Shown here piece by piece: positions 58,299 to 64,000 of a DNA stretch of 64,000 nucleotides. The notes beneath the pieces are model-generated. The model did not search any database, was not told the origin of the DNA, and saw only the letters and a program-made list of their open reading frames with translations. Numbering within the stretch: the first letter of the stretch is position 1; every line of letters starts with the position of its first letter. Both the position numbers and the translations under genes were made by a program. Source of the stretch: Bacteroidales bacterium (GTDB lineage Bacteria; Bacteroidota; Bacteroidia; Bacteroidales; UBA1715); NCBI GenBank assembly GCA_045615765.1, contig JAZLFM010000047.1:6370-70369 (forward strand). The letters run 5' to 3'.

Positions 58299-60054
58299 AA
58301 TGACTAACTATATAATCACGTGCAACAATAAGTGGTTTCGCAATATTGTCCACTGCTAATATATTAAGCTTTTCTTTGTTCGCTTTGAGGAATTCATACA
58401 TATTTATGGCTTTTTGATCCTTCATCGCTGCTATAACTTCTGCATCTGAAAGGTCATCCCCATAGAAAGATTGTAAATCCTGTTTCAGAGGTGTATTGAA
58501 TAAATCTGTTTCGAGATCAACTAAAGCCAATAATATATGATACTTTTCCATTAACGTTATTATGCTATTTGCTGCTGTTTTGTTTACAGCGGGTATATTG
58601 GCATCGTCTGAAAAGCCTCTCAGCAGAGGTTTGTTTGTGCCTATTATCGCTTGATCTGCAGGTTCTATATCGTAGTAACTTTCCATAAGATCCAAACACC
58701 GTTCAACACCTGCGTAGCGATACTGGTCTTTCTTTGGTATCTTAAAAATATCATTATCTGTACGCAGTACCCAAGGTATTTCCAAAGACCCAAGGATATT
58801 AGTAAACACCCCGAATTGTACACCTTCCACACTTAGAACTGATATATTAAGCCTATCCAAATCAATTCCTATCTGCTTGGATAGTGTTTTGTAGAACAGC
58901 ATTTCAGATTGTCCTTCTACCAGAACAACGAAATCGGAGAAGAATGCCTCTGCTGGTATAACGCTCATTCTATATCCAAAGTCCCCTATATTGTCAGCTA
59001 TAATTTTTGAACAACCGTCAGAAGCGACAAGAGTTTCATTGCTTTGATTCTTATAAAGTCGAACTATTGAGTTGGGAGAAAATTCGCTTACAATATATGG
59101 AGAATGGCTTGTCAGCATTACCTGCCCCTGTAGAGTTCCACCTAAATATGAAGCCAACTCTCTTTGCTGGTGTGGATGTAAATATGCTTCAGGTTCTTCT
59201 ATGACAATGATTGAAACCTCGTTAGAAGTCTCTGTCTGCTGATTTTGAGATGCCCATAAGGAAAGATAAATCTGATTTATACGTCCCTCACCACCTATAA
59301 TCAAACTCTTTTCTCCGTGCTTTGAGGAAATAGAAACACTTGATATGACTCTGTCAATATCAGTAGAGGAAGTATCAAAAACTATTCTCTGTTCTCTATT
59401 GTGGATTGCCAGTTTGTTCAGCTCTTCATTGATTTTGTCTGTTGCATTCTTCACATACGAAAGTTCTGGAATCTTTGAATCGACGTATTGAAGTTTTTCC
59501 TCTATATCCGCATATAATACATCATCAGCCGCCACCGCATCATCTCCACGGTCCTCCTTTGCTTGATTAAGCAAAAGATTCTTTGATTTGTTGATGTATG
59601 ACCAAAAATCCCGCCTACTGCTTATATACTTCAAATTAAGGAATTTCCGATAATATGGACTTTGTATTTCTGCCAAATCCTCCTCAGTATCACTCTTTCC
59701 ACAGGCAAAAGAATATTCCACTTTTCCTGCATTTCGAGACGCTTTGTACTGCAGTACTAACTTATTATCGTCACTTATGCACCCAGGCATACGCGCAACA
59801 ACACAACCTTCTGTGACATCAACAAGATATGCACGGATTTCTACTTCATTCGTCTCTTCAAACGCATAGAAATCAGAATCAGACAACTCATAATCATAAT
59901 CAGAGAATCCTCGGTCAAGCAACAACCTCAGAGCATATATCAAGTTGGTTTTGCCAACATCATTTGCACCTATAATCAAGGAATGCTTTTCAAAGTTCAC
60001 CGTGGCTTCTTTGAAATTCCTAAAACCTTTAATATAAAGCTTTTGTATTTGCAT
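58285..60054 (-). CDS. gajA: GajA-like OLD-family ATPase/TOPRIM endonuclease
   Basis: The N-terminal IQKLYIKGFRNF...IIGANDVGKTN is an ABC-type P-loop. IIVIEEPEAYLHP is Walker B. VVLVEGQSE is the Toprim glutamate. Confidence 0.75.
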   Translation of the reverse strand: MQIQKLYIKGFRNFKEATVNFEKHSLIIGANDVGKTNLIYALRLLLDRGFSDYDYELSDSDFYAFEETNEVEIRAYLVDVTEGCVVARMPGCISDDNKLVLQYKASRNAGKVEYSFACGKSDTEEDLAEIQSPYYRKFLNLKYISSRRDFWSYINKSKNLLLNQAKEDRGDDAVAADDVLYADIEEKLQYVDSKIPELSYVKNATDKINEELNKLAIHNREQRIVFDTSSTDIDRVISSVSISSKHGEKSLIIGGEGRINQIYLSLWASQNQQTETSNEVSIIVIEEPEAYLHPHQQRELASYLGGTLQGQVMLTSHSPYIVSEFSPNSIVRLYKNQSNETLVASDGCSKIIADNIGDFGYRMSVIPAEAFFSDFVVLVEGQSEMLFYKTLSKQIGIDLDRLNISVLSVEGVQFGVFTNILGSLEIPWVLRTDNDIFKIPKKDQYRYAGVERCLDLMESYYDIEPADQAIIGTNKPLLRGFSDDANIPAVNKTAANSIITLMEKYHILLALVDLETDLFNTPLKQDLQSFYGDDLSDAEVIAAMKDQKAINMYEFLKANKEKLNILAVDNIAKPLIVARDYIVSHYGAY

Positions 60055-60285
60055 AACATTACATTTTTATTATTTGCTCCATCCGGCAGTATCGAGATTT
60101 GTCAAAGAACCACTGGACGAAGGGAGGTAACTGCAAGCATTGCTACTTCACTTGTGCGGATAGCAGTTCTAATCTTATTCCGCAAATTGCAGACTACTAT
60201 ACATCGTTCACAACATTGGTTTAGAACGCTAATAATACTTACTTTTCAACAACACTCATTAATTAAAAACAGTATAACGACCTCT

Positions 60286-60393
60286 CTACAAACATTTCCT
60301 ACCTATAAATTCTTCTAAGCCTGTTTGCTTCGCTTTATATGCGAATGTTGCTCCGAATAATCCAGAACCAACTATTAGATAATCGTATTTCAT
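60286..60393 (-). pseudogene. truncated duplicate of the glf 5' end (35 codons)
   Basis: 60320-60387 is identical over 68 nt to 52384-52451 inside glf. It translates MKYDYLIVGSGLFGATFAYKAKQTG, then diverges to a stop. Confidence 0.85.
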
Positions 60394-60497
60394 TATATCT
60401 TAAATATTTATTCATTACCACAAGATCTTCGGAATAACTATAGCATTTAAGAGAACTATTGATTGGTTTCTATTCATCATATTATAATTTCAATCAT

Positions 60498-61427
60498 TTA
60501 TCCCAAAATCCTTTTCTTTAGCATCCCCGCTTTAACTCGTAACCACCACAAGTGATATGGCAACAAGAAAGATGCATCTTTGGATATAATATTGTACGCA
60601 GTTCGATCGTTCAACATACATGACTCATACAACTTATATTTCAAGAATTCCATTCTCATTTCCTTCAACCGTACCTCGCAAAAGGCATCCTTGCCTATAA
60701 AGAAATTCTGAAGTATACCTATAGAAGCCAAATCAGATTGATATCGTTTTATGTTTATTTTCTCAGAAGCTTGAGACATGTATGAATTAGGATTCATACA
60801 ATTGTAGTGGTAAACTACTTTGTCCAACGTTACTACTTTTTTCGCATAATATGCCAATCTAGGAAGGGTATGATGATCTTCTCCAACATTCACGCCTTCT
60901 ATAGCAGCAATGTTATTATCTGTATACAACGACTTTCTAATTAGTCTTCTCCAAATAACATGGTCAAGCGTCATTTCAATCGTATTATGCACCATTTCCA
61001 TATTAGATGCATATTTGGGTTCAGTCATTATATCTTCTCCATCATTTGAATGTCGTAACGCATTCCCCGAAACAATATCGGCATCAGTCTCCACTTGTTT
61101 CTTAACAAGTAATTCAATTGCATCAGGCTCTAACCAATCATCAGAATCAAGATGGAAAACAAAATCCCCCTTTGCCGCTGCGACTGCGGTATTGCGGGCT
61201 GCCGCAAGTCCTCTGTTGTGATCGTGGTGTATGATTCTAAATTGGATATCACCTTTATATCGCATAATAAAGTCTTCTACAACCATTATACTACCATCAT
61301 TTCCACAATCATCCACAATGATGCACTCTATCGACTCTTTTGCTGTCTGTATAACTACCGACTCAAGGCAACGATTTATATATTCTTTTACATTGTAGAC
61401 CGGTATGAGAATAGAAACTTTATTCAT
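60498..61427 (-). CDS. GT2-family glycosyltransferase
   Basis: VSILIPVYNVKEYI...CIIVDDCGNDGS...LDSDDW. Confidence 0.8.
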   Translation of the reverse strand: MNKVSILIPVYNVKEYINRCLESVVIQTAKESIECIIVDDCGNDGSIMVVEDFIMRYKGDIQFRIIHHDHNRGLAAARNTAVAAAKGDFVFHLDSDDWLEPDAIELLVKKQVETDADIVSGNALRHSNDGEDIMTEPKYASNMEMVHNTIEMTLDHVIWRRLIRKSLYTDNNIAAIEGVNVGEDHHTLPRLAYYAKKVVTLDKVVYHYNCMNPNSYMSQASEKINIKRYQSDLASIGILQNFFIGKDAFCEVRLKEMRMEFLKYKLYESCMLNDRTAYNIISKDASFLLPYHLWWLRVKAGMLKKRILG

Positions 61428-62367
61428 TGGAAATAAATTTTATGCTATCGTAGTCACTCAACCAGGAATCATAAAATGATCGATTCTTTCCATAACTATT
61501 GTCAAAGAAAGTAATATCCTTTCCTAATAGAACTCCAAGAATTGCTGCATGAAGTCGAGTCGTATAAATGTGTGTGTGGGTATTCAATAGTTTAACACCC
61601 TGCTTAATTAAATACGAACGATAATACATCCGAACAAACAAGTCAGCCAATCCCAAACTTTTTAATCGACCGTCTCTTAATTTAAGCATTAGTTTGGTAA
61701 TACAGTCATCTCCATTCTGCATTGTTTGCCAATCAGAAATGGTAATTCCAGGTATCGCCTCAACATCAGATAGAGCCTTTGTCATTTTAAGTTCACTATC
61801 CTTTCTTTTAAGTAGAAGCGGAGAAGATGCAGAATAGTTTTTCTCCCACTTACTCATGTCCATACAGAAGGCCATATCTGGGAGTAAAAGAATTCTATTC
61901 TTAAAATTCTTATCTAAAATTTCAAAAGATGTTGTATCACGCGCACATATAGTCACATTAGAGAATTTTGACATAAAAGCTGCACACCCCAACATATTCT
62001 CTTCTCTTTGGAACCAAACTGTTTGAGGAAAGAAAAGAAAATTGCAACTAGGATATTCTTCCATGACACTCATCTTGAAATCATGATGTTTTGTCCATAA
62101 ATCTCCAAAATTACCACCTCCTTGGAATAACACAAGAGCTCCTTCTTCTATTGTTCGATGAGTATTCCTAAATGTTTCAAGAGAGTACATTCCTTTGCAT
62201 TTATACGGAAGGCATTTCAATAAATCTAATTCTCCTTGCCATATAAGCGTATCACCAATATTAGTATAATACGGAACCTCTAACAAATAATAGTCTCTAT
62301 CGATTAACGGTGCCAAGGCATCTATGAGCATTTTTCTGAGCTGTGATACTTTTTCTTTTGCATTCAT
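61420..62367 (-). CDS. polysaccharide pyruvyl transferase family protein
   Basis: YYTNIGDTLIWQGELDLL...FQGGGNFGDLW...TTRLHAAILG fits the PS_pyruv_trans pattern. Confidence 0.7.
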   Translation of the reverse strand: MNAKEKVSQLRKMLIDALAPLIDRDYYLLEVPYYTNIGDTLIWQGELDLLKCLPYKCKGMYSLETFRNTHRTIEEGALVLFQGGGNFGDLWTKHHDFKMSVMEEYPSCNFLFFPQTVWFQREENMLGCAAFMSKFSNVTICARDTTSFEILDKNFKNRILLLPDMAFCMDMSKWEKNYSASSPLLLKRKDSELKMTKALSDVEAIPGITISDWQTMQNGDDCITKLMLKLRDGRLKSLGLADLFVRMYYRSYLIKQGVKLLNTHTHIYTTRLHAAILGVLLGKDITFFDNSYGKNRSFYDSWLSDYDSIKFISNE

Positions 62368-62369
62368 AT

Positions 62370-63503
62370 TTATTTCTTTCCGAAAATTCTTTTCACGATA
62401 TTTTTCACCTTACCCTTTATAGTTTGCTTCTTTGCTTTTAGTTTCTTCCTCTTTTCTAGAATAGCCATTTCTTTATCAACCACCTGTTTCATCTCGTCAG
62501 AATACTCTTCATTAGAATTCTTCAATCTCTGCTCCATAAATGCTTTCATCCTAGGTTGGAGCCATTCCGTGCCATCCACACACACACGGTTACGGATAGC
62601 CGCATAGGTTGGTGCAACATGCTCTGGAATAGCACCAAATGTAAGGAAGGCATGGGCATTATAACAATGAGGTTGCTGGCAATGATGCCCGATAGCTTTG
62701 AATACAATAGTTTTAGTCACATCATCCATAATATTTTGGCTGAACAGAGAGCAATAGCATTGATGCAAATCTCCTGTACCCATATTATAGAACAATGTCC
62801 AATCTCCTGCATAGCAGAACTCCGTACGCTTCTTTGTGAATACAGAGAACTTGTAATCGAAGAATTCGGATTTAAATGTAGACCACGTCTTCTGATATTC
62901 CTCAGGTGTCATTTTTGTTAAAATCGGTATGACACTCATATCATGTTCGTCACGCCCAACAGTTACATGATTCACAGCTCCAACTTCCTTGACTGCTAAT
63001 TCCTTCATTTCGTCAATATATGGAATGAGTTCATCAGAAGGTGTAGCTTCTAACGTAAAAGAAGCTCCCGCTTCACGCATTTTACGGATGTTATTAAAGA
63101 AACGATCGAACAAGTTTTTTTCTTTCAACTCTAAATAATGATAAGAAAACTTAAAGAACAGACGTTCCAAATATTCTTTAGGGAAAGTTGCTATTTCATC
63201 AAAAGCACGATCAACCGTGGCATTGGTTACAACCATTACATAATGACCTTCTGCCAGTAATGCTTCAATGTACTTCGGCATCTCCGGTGGCAATAACGTC
63301 TCACCTCCACCACAAAAGTTAATCATACAAGTACCTCCGAGACGTTCTTTCGAAAATCCTCTACGGAAAGTATCCACATCATATTTGAACTTGGGTAGAG
63401 GACCTCCAAAGAGACGATTGTGAGTAATGTAACAGTAATGACAACGAAGTGTACACGTTGTTACTGGCACCCAGATATCAATAAATCTTTTAAACTTCTC
63501 CAT
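62370..63503 (-). CDS. radical SAM protein
   Basis: CTLRCHYCY (CxxxCxxC) near the N-terminus, a GGGE motif, and additional C-terminal Cys residues. Confidence 0.75.
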   Translation of the reverse strand: MEKFKRFIDIWVPVTTCTLRCHYCYITHNRLFGGPLPKFKYDVDTFRRGFSKERLGGTCMINFCGGGETLLPPEMPKYIEALLAEGHYVMVVTNATVDRAFDEIATFPKEYLERLFFKFSYHYLELKEKNLFDRFFNNIRKMREAGASFTLEATPSDELIPYIDEMKELAVKEVGAVNHVTVGRDEHDMSVIPILTKMTPEEYQKTWSTFKSEFFDYKFSVFTKKRTEFCYAGDWTLFYNMGTGDLHQCYCSLFSQNIMDDVTKTIVFKAIGHHCQQPHCYNAHAFLTFGAIPEHVAPTYAAIRNRVCVDGTEWLQPRMKAFMEQRLKNSNEEYSDEMKQVVDKEMAILEKRKKLKAKKQTIKGKVKNIVKRIFGKK

Positions 63504-63509
63504 ACTGTT

Positions 63510-64000
63510 TTAATTTACATATTCTATATTTTCAAATGATAATCTCCAGATAAGATATTCAAGTTTTAGACTGTTTACTTTGTTCATTGCCCATTCATGT
63601 GTAAAAATCACGAGAGAAGGCTCTTTTATATTTTTTAAAAGTGCAATATTAGGAAACGTCACCTTCTCTACACGTATGTCTGTTGATTCATAACACATAC
63701 CATTTGCTGACAGAAACTCTTCACACAAAAGCTCGTCATTTAATTTCCCCAGAGAATAACTCTCTCTGTCATCGTCAGCCGATAAAAGCTTTTTTACCCC
63801 CCCCATGCCAGAAATTCCACTTCTTTTTCTGTAGCATAGAAGTAATGAAGTCTTAATATATTGGAAACAGAATTTTCAGAAGCAAACCTTTTTACCTCAC
63901 TAGTCACTCTATTGAAATCCCTTACAAATGAAGTCATATTTGCTATACTATCTTTTGAAACTGAAGGATTAGAAGAATGAAAACCTATCTTAAGCCAATC
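63510..64000 (-). pseudogene. hypothetical polysaccharide-locus gene broken at a G8 tract (plus-strand C8 at 63797-63804); 5' end outside the window
   Basis: The minus-strand ORF entering from 64000 ends ...EVEFLAWGG* at the tract. The 98-aa ORF (MGGVKKLL...) starts inside the tract. With G9 the two read through. Confidence 0.55.

Noticed and set aside
1-64000. Search for tRNA, rRNA, tmRNA, tyrosine or serine recombinases, reverse transcriptases and cas genes
   Set aside because: None was recognisable on either strand. The only transposase-like genes are the two RAYTs and one rve remnant.

Overview
This is a low-GC chromosomal segment that looks Bacteroidales (Prevotella/Bacteroides-like). 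That call rests on Bacteroides-type gene content such as gldF/gldG, a lipobox lipoprotein and TAnnTTTG-like promoters. No rRNA, tRNA, CRISPR array or integrase was found.

Layout:
- 0-10.6 kb, accessory islet peppered with a REP-like palindromic repeat family and its RAYT (IS200-like Y1 transposase). It holds an XRE regulator, a lectin-fold lipoprotein, and an AbiGi-like abortive-infection gene. That gene is split by a 4.8-kb mini-element encoding only a phage major capsid protein, a prohead protease-scaffold fusion and a few small ORFs.
- 10.7-34.9 kb, housekeeping core: def, comEC, mqnD-like, GH13 amylase, gldFG, hisF, hisIE, pepD, rsmI, tatD, dxs, a Mur ligase, proA, rpmF and yceD. It also contains a second, unrelated RAYT with its own five-unit REP array.
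- 35-43.3 kb, mosaic accessory region: an MqsR-like toxin with an MqsA-HTH/Panacea fusion antitoxin, a GT1 remnant, an IetAS-like ATPase plus S8 protease pair whose protease carries one in-frame TAG, an IS remnant, and a Wzi-like outer-membrane protein.
- 43.3-64 kb, minus-strand capsular/exopolysaccharide locus. Two of its genes are broken exactly at poly-G tracts. It is interrupted at glf by a 7.9-kb defence island flanked by a perfect 68-bp duplication of the glf 5' end. The island carries Gabija gajAB, Kiwa-like kwaAB, and a 729-aa AlbA_2/HATPase_c_4 protein with an unassigned C-terminal domain.

All family assignments come from motif recognition by eye. No database search was run.
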